A stretch of DNA of 64,000 bases from an uncultured Pseudomonadota bacterium (GCA_963847705.1 CAWKBC010000014.1:264847-328846), one strand, 5' to 3'. Numbered from the stretch's first letter, positions 30,525 to 40,413 are shown. Notes: generated by a model from the sequence alone, not told the origin. Made by a program: numbers and translations.

Positions 30525-31733
30525 GGCCGGTCGAGTCACGCGGTCGGCCCCTTCGACGAACCCGGCGAAGGCGGCCGGGGCGTTCCACCGCGCGAACTCG
30601 TCGCCCAAGCGGCCCGCGTTCTGCGTGTACGACGGTTCGGAGACCAGGCGGGCGAGGGTGTCGGCGAGAAGCTGGCGCGTCAGCGTTCCCGACCGCAGCA
30701 AAATCCCGGCACCCGCGTCCTGGATCGCCGTCATGGCCAGGTGCTGATCGAGGTTGGCGGCGATCCCCAGGACCGGTCGCCCCTCGGCGAGCGCCTGGTA
30801 ACCGGTGGTGCTGCCGCCGTTCGAGACGACCAGCGCCGCGCGGCGGGCCGCGAGATGCCCGGGGAGGTAATCAGCGACGTGGACGTGCCGGGGAAGGGCG
30901 CCCAGTTGCGACCGGCCTGCGGTCGCGACCAGGACCTGATACCCGAGCCCGGCGGCGACATCGACCACCAGCGGGAGACGCTCGATTCGCCCCGACGAGC
31001 CGAGCGTCACGTAGATCGTCGGCCGCTGCGGATCGAGGGCGTGCCACCAGGGCGGCAGCGGAACCGGAGGCGACCAGAGCACCGGCCCGAGGAACTGCTG
31101 ATGCGCCGGAAGCTTCCGCGTGGGGATCAAGGCCGGGATGTCCGGGAAGAGCGTGTGGTCGCCGTGCGTGAGCACCTCTGCCAGGCTCCCCAGCGACGGG
31201 AGACCGTGCTGCGCGCGGAGCGCGTTGACCGGTCGCGCGAAGTGGCGAAAGACCGCCGGCAGGGCCTTCGGGAAATAGCGCGAGGCCAGGCGCACCCCCA
31301 GGAGGCTCACGATCGGATGCTCGGGGAGCGGAAAGTCCTCGCGGAGCGCGTACGGGCTCCAGTAGGCGTTGATGAGGGAGACATAACGAATGCCTTCCAG
31401 GGCCGCCGAGATTGACAGCGAGAGCCGGAGGTCCCCGATGACCAGCCACGGTCGGAGCGCCCGGAGCAGCGCCCGCTCTTCGTCGACGTAGCGGCTCAAG
31501 GTCCGCCGGCCGTAGATCCGACGGCCCGAGGCCACACGCGCCGCCACGGTCTCGGGCGACAGCGAGTGGATCCGGTGGCGGGTGAACGCCGTGCCGGCGA
31601 AGATCATCTCGTCGAAGCGTGCCGCGGCGAAGTGCACCTCGAAGCGGGCCGGATCGAGGGCGCGCGCCAGCGTCGCCAGGCGCACCACCTGCGCCAGCGT
31701 GACGGCCTCCGAGACGAAGAGAACGCGGAGCAC
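30525..31733 (-). CDS. Family 1 (GT-B) glycosyltransferase; 3' end uncertain (ORF stays open to 29553)
   Basis: IYVTLGSSG, VADYLPG, SNGGSTTGYQAL...G.P.LG...DQ. Confidence 0.85.
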
Positions 31734-31739
31734 GGCGGC

Positions 31740-32390
31740 TCAGCGGCAGCGGGCCAGGGCCTGGGCGGCGAGCTGCTTCCACTCGGCGGCGTCGAGACCG
31801 ATCGCGGCGAGATCACCGCGGCTCTCCACCGCCAGCGCCAGAGATCGCGCGCGTCCGCAGTCGCCGTTGTCGGCGAAGAAAGCGGCCGCCAGCGCCTGGT
31901 TCCCCGGGAAATCCGGGGCGCGGCCGAGAGCGAGCAGGAAGTAGCTGGTCGCCTTTCGGGTTGATCCGACGGAGATCAAGGCGGGCGCTTTCCAGTAGAG
32001 GTTGCCGAGAGCGCGCGCCGCGGCGGCGTGATCGTATTCGGGGTGCTGCTGCTCGAGGCGGAGCAGGGTCGCCTCGATGTCGGAGATGACGCCGAGGGCG
32101 TGCAGCCGCCCGTGGGTCAGCGCTTCACCCCCCAGATTCGCCGCCAGCCAGAGCAGCGCGGCCGGATCGTCGGGCCTCTTCTTCAATTGTTCGCGCGCGG
32201 CGTCGATCCCCCGCTGGTACGCGCGCCGGGCCTCGCTGTCATTGGGGGCGGCCTTTCCGGCGCGGTAGGCGCGCTCGGCCTCGCCGGAGATCTCGACGCC
32301 CTCGACGCGCTCAGCGCCCATCACCACCACGCCGGCGCTGAGCGCGAGCGAGCTGGAGAGGATCGCGACTTGCCACGCGCGCCGCCTCAC
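31740..32390 (-). CDS. Secreted TPR-like (TatT-like) protein
   Basis: Signal peptide; helical repeats; ARALGNLYWKAP...SVG. Confidence 0.6.
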   Translation of the reverse strand: MRRRAWQVAILSSSLALSAGVVVMGAERVEGVEISGEAERAYRAGKAAPNDSEARRAYQRGIDAAREQLKKRPDDPAALLWLAANLGGEALTHGRLHALGVISDIEATLLRLEQQHPEYDHAAAARALGNLYWKAPALISVGSTRKATSYFLLALGRAPDFPGNQALAAAFFADNGDCGRARSLALAVESRGDLAAIGLDAAEWKQLAAQALARCR

Positions 32391-32986
32391 CGGCTGCCTG
32401 CCCCGAGCCCGGGCCCGAGCATCCCCCCGAGAGCGGCCAGGGTTTCAGCCACGCCGGCGTAGCCGCGCCAGTACCAGAGCCACCAGCCGCTCATCATGAT
32501 GCCGTGGCCGAGCAGGATGAAGACATGGCTCCACATCTCGACCACGTCGGAGCGACCGCCGAGATATCGCCGCCAGTGCATCACCTCGTCGACCAGGCTG
32601 TAGAGAAACGACAGGATGGTGAGCACCAGCGCCGGGACGGCGTAGCTCGCGCCGCCCGCGTAGGCGGCGCACAGCAGGACCGAGCTGGCCACACCGGCGC
32701 CGATGATGATGTGATGGACCAGCGCCTCGCCGCCGCGGAGCGCTTCTTTGTAGATGGTCCGGTGGCCGATGGTGTCGACCGCGATCGCCAGCGTGAAGAT
32801 CGCCGCCCCGAGCGGCAGCAGCGACGCCTCCGCGGGGAGCGGCGCGGAGGCGCGATGCCCCGCCCAGACGAAGCCGCCCGTGGCGAGACAGAGCCCCACC
32901 ATGAGGCCGACCCAGGCGGCGTAGACGATCCAGTCGACCCGCCTGAACTGCCGGATTCGCCCCAGATAAATCCCGAGCTGATTCAT
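32387..32986 (-). CDS. Integral membrane protein with D/E-x-x-(x)-H motifs, function unknown
   Basis: About 5 TM helices; DTIGH, EALVHH, DEVMH, EMWSH...H; coupled to crtB. Confidence 0.75.
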   Translation of the reverse strand: MNQLGIYLGRIRQFRRVDWIVYAAWVGLMVGLCLATGGFVWAGHRASAPLPAEASLLPLGAAIFTLAIAVDTIGHRTIYKEALRGGEALVHHIIIGAGVASSVLLCAAYAGGASYAVPALVLTILSFLYSLVDEVMHWRRYLGGRSDVVEMWSHVFILLGHGIMMSGWWLWYWRGYAGVAETLAALGGMLGPGLGAGSR

Positions 32987-33864
32987 AACGACCGTCGCAG
33001 GTCGACACGGCCGCCTCCAACAAGGCCGGCGCAGAGCGTCCACAGAGTGCCGAACAGCGCCCGCAGGGCGAGCCAGGTCTTCCGGCCGCGAGAGACCACG
33101 GCGCGTCCCGCGCGAACATCGAAGTGGCGGCGGGCGATCACCCGTCCTAGCTCGGCGTAGATGAGGCGCGCCGCCCGGATCCCGATCGCGCAGCGCACGG
33201 GCAGGGCGGTTAGGCCGGCGTCCGCCGAGGCGTAGAATTCGTCCGCCCGGCGTAGAAGCTCCGCCACCGCGCGGGGGACCTCGCCCTGCGGATCGCCAGG
33301 CCGCCGGCAGGCCTCCAGCACATCCTTCGGAAGGTAGACCCGATTCCGGCGCTCGTCTTCGGCGACGTCGCGGCAAATGTTGGTCAGCTGCATCGCGACG
33401 CCGAGGTCGACCGCCCGCCGCAACACGGACCAGTTCCGTACCCCCATCACGTGCGCCATCATGAGGCCGACGGTGCCGGCCGCCCGATAGCAATAGAGCA
33501 GGAGCTCGTCGAAGGTCTGGTAGCGGACCTCGCCTACGTCCATCGCCATGCCGTCGACGAGTTCCTCGGCGTAGCGCCGCGGGATCGCGTGCCGCCGCAC
33601 GACCTCCTGGAACCCGGCGAGCACCGGATCGTTCTCGACGCCGCCACCGTAGATTCGCGCGAGCTCGGCGCGCAGCTGTACGACGGCGGCCGCGCGCGCG
33701 TCCGCGTTGCGTGGTCCGTCGACGGCGTCGTCGCACCGGCGACACCAGGCGTAGAGCGCCGCTGCGTCGTCGCGGCACCAGGGCGGCAAGAGCCGCCCGG
33801 CGAACGCGAAGCTCTTCGAGTGATGCGCGAGGATTCGGTGCGCGGTCAGTCTGCGGGTCATCAC
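32983..33864 (-). CDS. crtB: Phytoene synthase
   Basis: SKSF, RRCDDAVD, YCYRAAGTVG, QLTNICRDVAED, RVYLP. Confidence 0.95.
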   Translation of the reverse strand: MMTRRLTAHRILAHHSKSFAFAGRLLPPWCRDDAAALYAWCRRCDDAVDGPRNADARAAAVVQLRAELARIYGGGVENDPVLAGFQEVVRRHAIPRRYAEELVDGMAMDVGEVRYQTFDELLLYCYRAAGTVGLMMAHVMGVRNWSVLRRAVDLGVAMQLTNICRDVAEDERRNRVYLPKDVLEACRRPGDPQGEVPRAVAELLRRADEFYASADAGLTALPVRCAIGIRAARLIYAELGRVIARRHFDVRAGRAVVSRGRKTWLALRALFGTLWTLCAGLVGGGRVDLRRSL

Positions 33865-35369
33865 GCCGCCGCCGTCCGTTGCCAGCCGAGATCTCCCAGC
33901 ACCAGGCGCGTCGTCGCCTTCGCCGAGTTGATGACGCCCGGAACGCCCGCTCCTGGGTGCGTCCCCGCGCCGACGATGTAGAGCCCCGGGATCTCCGGGT
34001 CCCGGTTGTGAGGGCGGAAGTAGGCGCTTTGGGCCAAACGCGGCGCGACCGAGAAGGCCGAGCCCTGGAAGGCGTTCAGCTGGTCTCGAAAGTCGACCGG
34101 CGTGAACACGCGCCGAACGACGATCTTCTGCCGCAGCCCCGGCAGCACCGTCTCGAGGCCCGCCAGGATCCGCTCGGCGTATCCCGCCGATTCACGCTCC
34201 CAGTCGATCGCCGCCGCCCCCAGATGGGGCACCGGCGCGAGCACGTAGAACGACTCGCAGCCCGGGGGCGCCAGGCTGGGATCGGTCACGGTCGGCTGGT
34301 GCAGGTAGAGGCTGAAGTCGGGCGGGAGGTCCGGCCCGTGGAAGATCTCGTGCAGCATCTCCCGGTAGCGCGGGCCGAAGAGGACCGTGTGGTGCGCCAT
34401 GCCGGGGTAGCGGCGGCGCGTCCCGAAGTAGATGACGAACAACGACATCGACCAGTCCATGCGCTCCAGTTTTTGGGTCCGGCGCGCGGCCCCGGCCTCG
34501 CCCCGGTAGAGGTGGTCGTAGGTGTGGTGGAGATCGGCGTTGGAGACGACGGCGTCAAACAGCTCCTCGCTTCCGCCCGACCTCACCGCGTGAACCGCCG
34601 TACCTCCGCGCGCTTCGACACGCACCCCGTCGACGGGGCTCGACAACCGCAGCTCGCCCCCGAGCCGCTGGTAGAGCTCGACGAACCCGTTCACCAGCGC
34701 GCCCGTTCCGCCGCGCGGGAAGAAGACCCCCCACTTGTGCTCGAGGAAGGGAATCAACGTGTAGATCGCGCTCGTCTCGAACGGATTGCCCCCGATCAAC
34801 AGCGCGTGGAACGACAGCGCCTGTCGCAGCCGCTCGTCCTTCACGAACCGGCTGACGGCAGCGTAGACCGAGCGATCGGCGCGCAGCCGCGCCAGCTGGG
34901 GGGCAACCCGCACCATGTCGGCGAAGCGCAGGAAGGCGGTGTCGACCAGCCCTTCATAGCCGGCCTCGAACACGCGGCGGCTGTAGTCCATGAACCGGTC
35001 GAACCCGTCCCGATCGCCGGGGGCCAGGGCCGCAACCTCGGCGCGCATGGCCGCCGCATCGCCGCCGTAGTCGAACCTGGTCCCGTCGGGCCATTGCAGC
35101 CGGTAGAACGGGCGGACCGGGTCCAGCGTGACGTGGTCGGCCATCCGCTCACCCGCCAGCGCGAACAGCTCCTCGAGGCAATGCGGAGCGGTGATGACGG
35201 TCGGCCCGGCGTCGAAGGTGAAACCCTGGTCTCGATAAACATAGGCGCGGCCACCCGGTCGATCCCGCGCCTCGTACATGATGGTTCGCACGCCCGCCGC
35301 CTGCAGGCGGATGCCGGCCGCCAGCCCGCCGAACCCGCTCCCGACGATCGCCACCCGCGCTTCATCCAT
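33861..35369 (-). CDS. crtI: Phytoene desaturase
   Basis: GSGFGGL, FDAGPTVIT, QSAYFRPHNRD, GAGTHPGAGVPGV. Confidence 0.95.
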   Translation of the reverse strand: MDEARVAIVGSGFGGLAAGIRLQAAGVRTIMYEARDRPGGRAYVYRDQGFTFDAGPTVITAPHCLEELFALAGERMADHVTLDPVRPFYRLQWPDGTRFDYGGDAAAMRAEVAALAPGDRDGFDRFMDYSRRVFEAGYEGLVDTAFLRFADMVRVAPQLARLRADRSVYAAVSRFVKDERLRQALSFHALLIGGNPFETSAIYTLIPFLEHKWGVFFPRGGTGALVNGFVELYQRLGGELRLSSPVDGVRVEARGGTAVHAVRSGGSEELFDAVVSNADLHHTYDHLYRGEAGAARRTQKLERMDWSMSLFVIYFGTRRRYPGMAHHTVLFGPRYREMLHEIFHGPDLPPDFSLYLHQPTVTDPSLAPPGCESFYVLAPVPHLGAAAIDWERESAGYAERILAGLETVLPGLRQKIVVRRVFTPVDFRDQLNAFQGSAFSVAPRLAQSAYFRPHNRDPEIPGLYIVGAGTHPGAGVPGVINSAKATTRLVLGDLGWQRTAAA

Positions 35370-36453
35370 AGGAGACCTCCAGCCTTTCGATCTCGCTGGC
35401 CAGCAGTCCCAGCTCGTCGCGGTCGCCCACCCGTTTCCGCAGCTCGCGAAGGGCGTCGTCGAGATAGGCGGCTGCTTGCCGGCGTCCCTTCATCCCCACG
35501 GCGATGCGGAGCTCTGCCGCCAGCACCCGCGCCCGCGTGCCGTCGGGGTCTCCGCCTTCGCAGAGCGCACGGGCGCTCGCCTGCAGCTGCGAAAATGCGG
35601 AGCCGTCCAGATCGATCGCCGCGTGCGCCCAGGGCCAGGTCGGCCGGTCGTTGCGCAGGTCCTCGAGCGCCTTGGTGTCGGTTGCCTCGGGCGTGGGCGC
35701 GGTGAGATTGCCGAAGTCGTCGAGCATCTGCAGACCGAGCCCCATCCGCCGGCCAAACTGGGCGAGCGCTTCAGTCCGATCGGCAGGCGCCCCCGCGGCG
35801 AGGGCACCGGCGACGGCCGCCAGCTCCATGAGCGCGCCCGTCTTCAACATCGTGCTGGTCGCGACGGTCCGATAGATCAGCGCGCGGGGCATCCGCGCGA
35901 TCGAGATCGAAAGGTCGAGCGCCTGTCCCAGGTGGCCGCGGTGGAGCGCCTCCGCCACGGCGTCGTGGATCCGACCGCGCGCGGCGCGCGGCAACGGAAG
36001 CCGATTCACCATATTCAACGCCCAGAAGTACATCCAGGTCCCGGTGTTGAGCGTGCGGGGGACACCGTGCACCAGGTGCACCGCGGCGGCGCCTCGCCGG
36101 AGCTTCGAGCCGTCTTCGATGTCGTCGACGATGAGGCTCCCCGCGTGAACGATCTCGACGAGCGCGGGGAGAAGCGCGGGCACCTGGCCCGGTCCGTCGC
36201 CCAGCCGCCACCCGAGCTCGCACATCCGGGCCCGGAACTGCCGGCTGGGACGCCCGAGGATGTCGCGCGCCACGTCGCCCAGCGCCCGATCCCACACCGC
36301 CCGCGGCAAGGCGGGCCCGGTCGGCGTCGCCGGCCGCTCGGGCCAGTCCTCCACGTGGGCGGCGCGCTCGAGCGCGCTCGAGGAGAGCGCCTCGTCGACC
36401 AGCGCCGGCAGGCCAGTCGCCGCCGGCGTCATTTGCCGCGGGCGCGCGCTCAT
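35362..36453 (-). CDS. crtE: Geranylgeranyl diphosphate synthase
   Basis: SLIVDDIEDGSKLRRG, GQALDL, KTG, QMLDD. Confidence 0.9.
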   Translation of the reverse strand: MSARPRQMTPAATGLPALVDEALSSSALERAAHVEDWPERPATPTGPALPRAVWDRALGDVARDILGRPSRQFRARMCELGWRLGDGPGQVPALLPALVEIVHAGSLIVDDIEDGSKLRRGAAAVHLVHGVPRTLNTGTWMYFWALNMVNRLPLPRAARGRIHDAVAEALHRGHLGQALDLSISIARMPRALIYRTVATSTMLKTGALMELAAVAGALAAGAPADRTEALAQFGRRMGLGLQMLDDFGNLTAPTPEATDTKALEDLRNDRPTWPWAHAAIDLDGSAFSQLQASARALCEGGDPDGTRARVLAAELRIAVGMKGRRQAAAYLDDALRELRKRVGDRDELGLLASEIERLEVSYG

Positions 36454-37619
36454 CCGCCCACCGCCTGCGCGCCCAGCAGATGTCGCCAGGACAGACCACC
36501 CGGCGGGCGACCGACCAGGATCCGCGCGCGGTCCCCCCAGGTGCTGGCCGAAGCGTAGAAGCGCGCGATCGTCGCCGCGGGGAGACGATAGAAACGGTCG
36601 AGCGCGGTCCAGCGGGAGGCGGGCGGCATCGCCTCGAACATCAGCCGATTGAGGAGTTGGCCGAACCGGCGCTGTGATTCGAGCTGGCGAGCGATCGCGC
36701 ACACCGCGGTCGTCGTTTCGTCAGGCGTCCGCGCTTTGGCCACCGCCAGCGCCACCCGCGCCGCGAGTGGGAGCGAGTATCCCGTCACCGGGTGGAAGAA
36801 CCCGCCGCGGTACCCGACCGCCAGCGGGGCGCCGGCACGCGGCAGGTCGAGCTCACCGTCGAGCGGCAGTGGGAGCACGCCGCTCTCTCGGCGCAGAACG
36901 CGGGTGACGGTGGCGCCGTGAGCAGTCACGTACGCCAGAATCCGGCGCTCGACCTCGAGGGCGTCGAGCCACGGACTGGTGCTGTACATCGTGTCTTCGA
37001 CCAGCACGTGGCGGGCGGAGAACGGGAGCAGGTAGACGAACCGGTAGCCGTCGCTCTGCGAAACCGTCGCGTCCATCAGCAGCGGCAGCGTCCAGGGGCC
37101 GTCCGCCTGCAGCGCCAGCTCGAGGCCCACGAACTTCTGGTAGCCGGCGCGCGGCGGCGGCGCGGCTGGATCCGGTCCGCGCGCGTCGATCACCACGCGA
37201 CCGCGAACCAGCGATTCGTCTTCAAGCCGGACCAGAGACGAGCCCACGGCAGCGACCCGCCGGTCGAGGAGAAGACGAACCCCGGCCTCGGCGAGCCGGG
37301 AGGTGACCACCTCGGCGAACCTCTCGCTGGTGACTGTTGCGTAGCCCTCTTCGAGCAGGCGGTGGTGGCCCGGGAACCGCACCTCGTGCTGCGCCCATTG
37401 CCGCACCACCAGCGGCGCCACCAAGACCCGTTCCGCTGCACCGAGGTCGCTCAGATGAAACGACCAGGTGTGATTTCCGCCGAGGCGCGGCTCGCGATCG
37501 ATCAGCGTGACCTGCGCGCCCCGGCCCGCGTTCGCCAGCGCCAGCGCGATGAGCCCGCCCGCGAGCCCACCGCCGACAATCACATGGTCCGTTGCGCACT
37601 TTTCCGGCCGGCGTTCCAT
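36450..37619 (-). CDS. crtY: Lycopene beta-cyclase
   Basis: GGGLAG, GGNHTWSF, YQKFVG, FHPVTGYSLP. Confidence 0.93.
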   Translation of the reverse strand: MERRPEKCATDHVIVGGGLAGGLIALALANAGRGAQVTLIDREPRLGGNHTWSFHLSDLGAAERVLVAPLVVRQWAQHEVRFPGHHRLLEEGYATVTSERFAEVVTSRLAEAGVRLLLDRRVAAVGSSLVRLEDESLVRGRVVIDARGPDPAAPPPRAGYQKFVGLELALQADGPWTLPLLMDATVSQSDGYRFVYLLPFSARHVLVEDTMYSTSPWLDALEVERRILAYVTAHGATVTRVLRRESGVLPLPLDGELDLPRAGAPLAVGYRGGFFHPVTGYSLPLAARVALAVAKARTPDETTTAVCAIARQLESQRRFGQLLNRLMFEAMPPASRWTALDRFYRLPAATIARFYASASTWGDRARILVGRPPGGLSWRHLLGAQAVGG

Positions 37620-37658
37620 CGAGGTCCCCCCCGCTGAACGCACGAGCGCCGCGAACGG

Positions 37659-38150
37659 TTACGCCAATGCCGTCTCGATCGCGGCGCGGCGAAAGTCGAA
37701 GATGCGACGGAGCTGCCGCGCGACGAACAGCCGACGGGCCAGCTCGCCGAGCGGACCGAACGGAAGCTCGTACTCGACGCGGTCGCGAACCAGCGTCCCG
37801 CCGCCCGGCGCGTCGGAGAACGTGTGCGAATGCCGCCAGCTGCGATAAGGCCCCTTCGCCTGCACATCCACGAACCCCGACTCCGGCGAGCTCGGCAAGC
37901 TCGGCGAGTTCGGCAAGTTCGGCTCGAAAGACTCGATCAGCGTGCGCCACTGGAACTTCAGACCGAACAGCGAGAGCTGGTAATCGATGGTGGCACCGGC
38001 GCGCATCGCGATCGGCTGGGGGCTGCGGATCACGAAGTGCAGCGACTCGGGCGTGATGCGCTCGAGGTTCGCAGGGTCAGCGAAGAAGGCGAACACCTCG
38101 CTTCGCGCCCGCCGGATGAGCTGCTCCTGTTCGAAGAGGTGCTTCATCAC
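37659..38150 (-). CDS. SRPBCC/START-fold protein
   Basis: VFAFFADPANLERITP, FVDVQAKGPYRSWRHSHTF, IFDFRR. Confidence 0.9.
   Translation of the reverse strand: MMKHLFEQEQLIRRARSEVFAFFADPANLERITPESLHFVIRSPQPIAMRAGATIDYQLSLFGLKFQWRTLIESFEPNLPNSPSLPSSPESGFVDVQAKGPYRSWRHSHTFSDAPGGGTLVRDRVEYELPFGPLGELARRLFVARQLRRIFDFRRAAIETALA
37884..37923. repeat. 9-bp in-frame tandem repeat (~4.4 copies) inside the SRPBCC gene
   Basis: cggcgagct/cggcaagct/cggcgagtt/cggcaagtt. Confidence 0.8.
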
Positions 38151-38155
38151 CTCAG

Positions 38156-38181
38156 AACGTCCGAGAGGCGCGAAGAGTTAC
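38156..38181 (-). promoter_or_regulatory. ECF sigma promoter driving the SRPBCC-crt operon
   Basis: Minus strand GTAAC-N17-CGTT. Confidence 0.65.
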
Positions 38182-38200
38182 AGGTCGGGCGCGCCATCCT

Positions 38201-38226
38201 GTTACCGTTCGAGGGGCTCGTGCGTA
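38201..38226 (+). promoter_or_regulatory. ECF sigma promoter driving carQ-carR
   Basis: GTTAC-N17-CGTA. Confidence 0.6.
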
Positions 38227-38240
38227 CGAGCGAGGGAACG

Positions 38241-38798
38241 GTGCAGGAACCGGAGCAGGACCGGGAGTCGGATGACGCCTTGATGGTGCGGTTCTGCCGT
38301 GGCGACGAGGCCGCGTTCGGGGTCCTCTATGACCGCTACGCGCCTCAGCTGGAGGCGTTCCTGCGCCGCCTCGTCCGGGATCAGACCTTGGCAGAAGACC
38401 TCTTGCAGACGACCTTCCTCTCGTTCGTCCGGGCGCGCGGGCGTTACGTGGCGTCGGCCGGGCTGCGCGCCTGGATCTTCTCGATCGCCGCGAACGCCGG
38501 GCGCGACGCGCTCAGGCGCCGGGGCGCGCGGCGTGAGGACGCGCTAGGCGCCGAGATCGGCAACATCGGAGAGGCCCCCGCCGCCCTGTCCGACCCGCCC
38601 CTGGCCCGGGCCATCGAGGAGGCGCTCCGACAGCTCCCCGAGGATCAACGCGAGGCCGTGTTGCTCCACAAGATGCATGGACTCTCGTTCCCGGAGGTCG
38701 CCTCGGCGCTGGGGACGACCGTGGGTGCTGCCAAGGTGCGGGCGCATCGCGGCTACCAACGACTGAAGTTGCTGCTCGCACCACTGGAGAATGTATGA
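38241..38798 (+). CDS. carQ: ECF sigma factor, CarQ-like
   Basis: AEDLLQTTFLSFVRARGRY, IAANAGRDALR, VRAHRGY resemble M. xanthus CarQ; adjacent to crt genes. Confidence 0.8.
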   Translation: MQEPEQDRESDDALMVRFCRGDEAAFGVLYDRYAPQLEAFLRRLVRDQTLAEDLLQTTFLSFVRARGRYVASAGLRAWIFSIAANAGRDALRRRGARREDALGAEIGNIGEAPAALSDPPLARAIEEALRQLPEDQREAVLLHKMHGLSFPEVASALGTTVGAAKVRAHRGYQRLKLLLAPLENV

Positions 38799-39433
38799 CG
38801 ATCGATGAGGCAGGCTCGGTCTCCGGCTCGGCCCTGGGACGCACGCGAACGGCGGCTTTGGCGGAGCTGCGGCGCCAGCCGGTTGCCATCTCCTGGCGGA
38901 GGGACGCGGCGCGCACGCTCCTGGCCGTCCTTGGAACGACCGCGCTGGTCATCGGCGTCGGCACCTGGGTGTCGATCGTCGAGCCCGGCCGGATGGGCGA
39001 GCGGCTGCTGCAGGTGGCGCTGCTGGTCGGCCTGCAGTCTCTCGGCGTGTTCGCCGCGATCGCGCCGGGCAAGGGCGCGCTCCGCTGGACCGGGGCGCTG
39101 CTCGCCCTGGCCGCCGTCGCCGCGATTCTCATCGGGCGCGGGGCGGGCCTGCCGCGCGCCATCCCCGCGATCGCCTGCTCCGGCAGCCACCTGGCCGTCG
39201 ATCTGATTCCCCTCGGGATCGTCCTCTACTCCCTCCGCCGATTCTCCTGGAGCCTCGGACGAGCGACGCTGGCTGGGGCCGCCGTGGCAGCGACCGGTGC
39301 GATCGCCGGCGAGCTCAGCTGCGCGCGCGGATGGGTGCACACCCTCATCCACCACGTGGGCGCGGGAGTGGTGATCGTGGCAGCCTGCGTCCTCATCTCG
39401 CGGGCGATCCGCCCGCAAACCTTCGCGCCCTAG
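38795..39433 (+). CDS. carR: Membrane anti-sigma factor, CarR-like (DUF1109/NrsF)
   Basis: About 6 TM helices, LSC...HTLIHH; ATGA overlap with the sigma gene. Confidence 0.7.
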   Translation: MTIDEAGSVSGSALGRTRTAALAELRRQPVAISWRRDAARTLLAVLGTTALVIGVGTWVSIVEPGRMGERLLQVALLVGLQSLGVFAAIAPGKGALRWTGALLALAAVAAILIGRGAGLPRAIPAIACSGSHLAVDLIPLGIVLYSLRRFSWSLGRATLAGAAVAATGAIAGELSCARGWVHTLIHHVGAGVVIVAACVLISRAIRPQTFAP

Positions 39434-39546
39434 TCCCTGGATCACGCTGGTGAACGCCGTCGGTTGAGCTCCCCGACGGCAAAGAGAGAGCGGCACGCCG
39501 GCGCGACCGCGTGTGGGACCGGATCACCGGTTGCCCTCATCCACAC

Positions 39547-40353
39547 TCAAGGGCAGTAGCGCGGGGTACACGGGTACACTTCTCTCGCGAGCGTGTGCTG
39601 AAGCCACCGGCTGACGTAGCCGGCAACCTCTTCCCATCCCGGCTCGCCGCAGATGAAGTGGCCGCGGCTTGGGAATTCCGAATACCCGACAATGCTGGTG
39701 TTATCGGTATAAGCCTTGGCGTTTTTCTCGTTGAGCTCGGGAGGAATGATTTCGTCCTTTTCCCCAGCGACGAAAAGAAGTGGCGGGTGCGGCTGATCTA
39801 CGTCGATTGTTCCGGCCTCACCCATACAGTCGCGCAGCACATTGCGGCTGTCATGGATCGCGAATCGCTGGTAGGCGGCATCAGACTCTTCCGCCGACAG
39901 GGTGTTGGCGAAGCTGGAGTGGAATCCCTCGGGCGTCATCACGAACGGGGCGTCGCGGGCGATCGGATTGGCGACGGCTGCACTGTTCTTGAAGAACCCC
40001 AAATCGACCGCCAACATACGATTGGGGGCGACCGAGTCGATGCACACGCTGGCGCGCACGAGGCCGCGGCTGGCGAGGACCTGGGCGATGAGTCCACCGA
40101 CGGAGTGCCCGATCACGATCGGACTCTCTCCCAGGTCACCCACCAGAGCCGCGTACTGCTCGATGACGGAGGCCAAGTGGAGCTCACCTAGCCCCTCCGG
40201 GATGTGCTCGCGCAGCTCCGCCGGATCGCCATCGTGAAAGGGCCAAGCGGGCGCCGTCGTGGTGTAGCCCTGCGCCCGGAAGTACCGCTGCCAACTCTCC
40301 CAGCTTCTTGGGGTTTGAAACATGCCGTGGATGAAAACAACCGTATTACTCAT
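39547..40353 (-). CDS. Alpha/beta hydrolase
   Basis: FIHGMF, GHSVGG, GEKDEIIP, RGH. Confidence 0.9.
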   Translation of the reverse strand: MSNTVVFIHGMFQTPRSWESWQRYFRAQGYTTTAPAWPFHDGDPAELREHIPEGLGELHLASVIEQYAALVGDLGESPIVIGHSVGGLIAQVLASRGLVRASVCIDSVAPNRMLAVDLGFFKNSAAVANPIARDAPFVMTPEGFHSSFANTLSAEESDAAYQRFAIHDSRNVLRDCMGEAGTIDVDQPHPPLLFVAGEKDEIIPPELNEKNAKAYTDNTSIVGYSEFPSRGHFICGEPGWEEVAGYVSRWLQHTLAREVYPCTPRYCP

Positions 40354-40413
40354 TCAGGGGAAGTTAAGTATTGACGCGCATTGATCCAGGCGCGACCGGC
40401 TTGGCCACCCGAG

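Noticed and set aside
29553-31733. 726-aa glycosyltransferase fusion protein
   Set aside because: The C-terminal ~325 aa are simply the antisense of ybgA and show no domain signal
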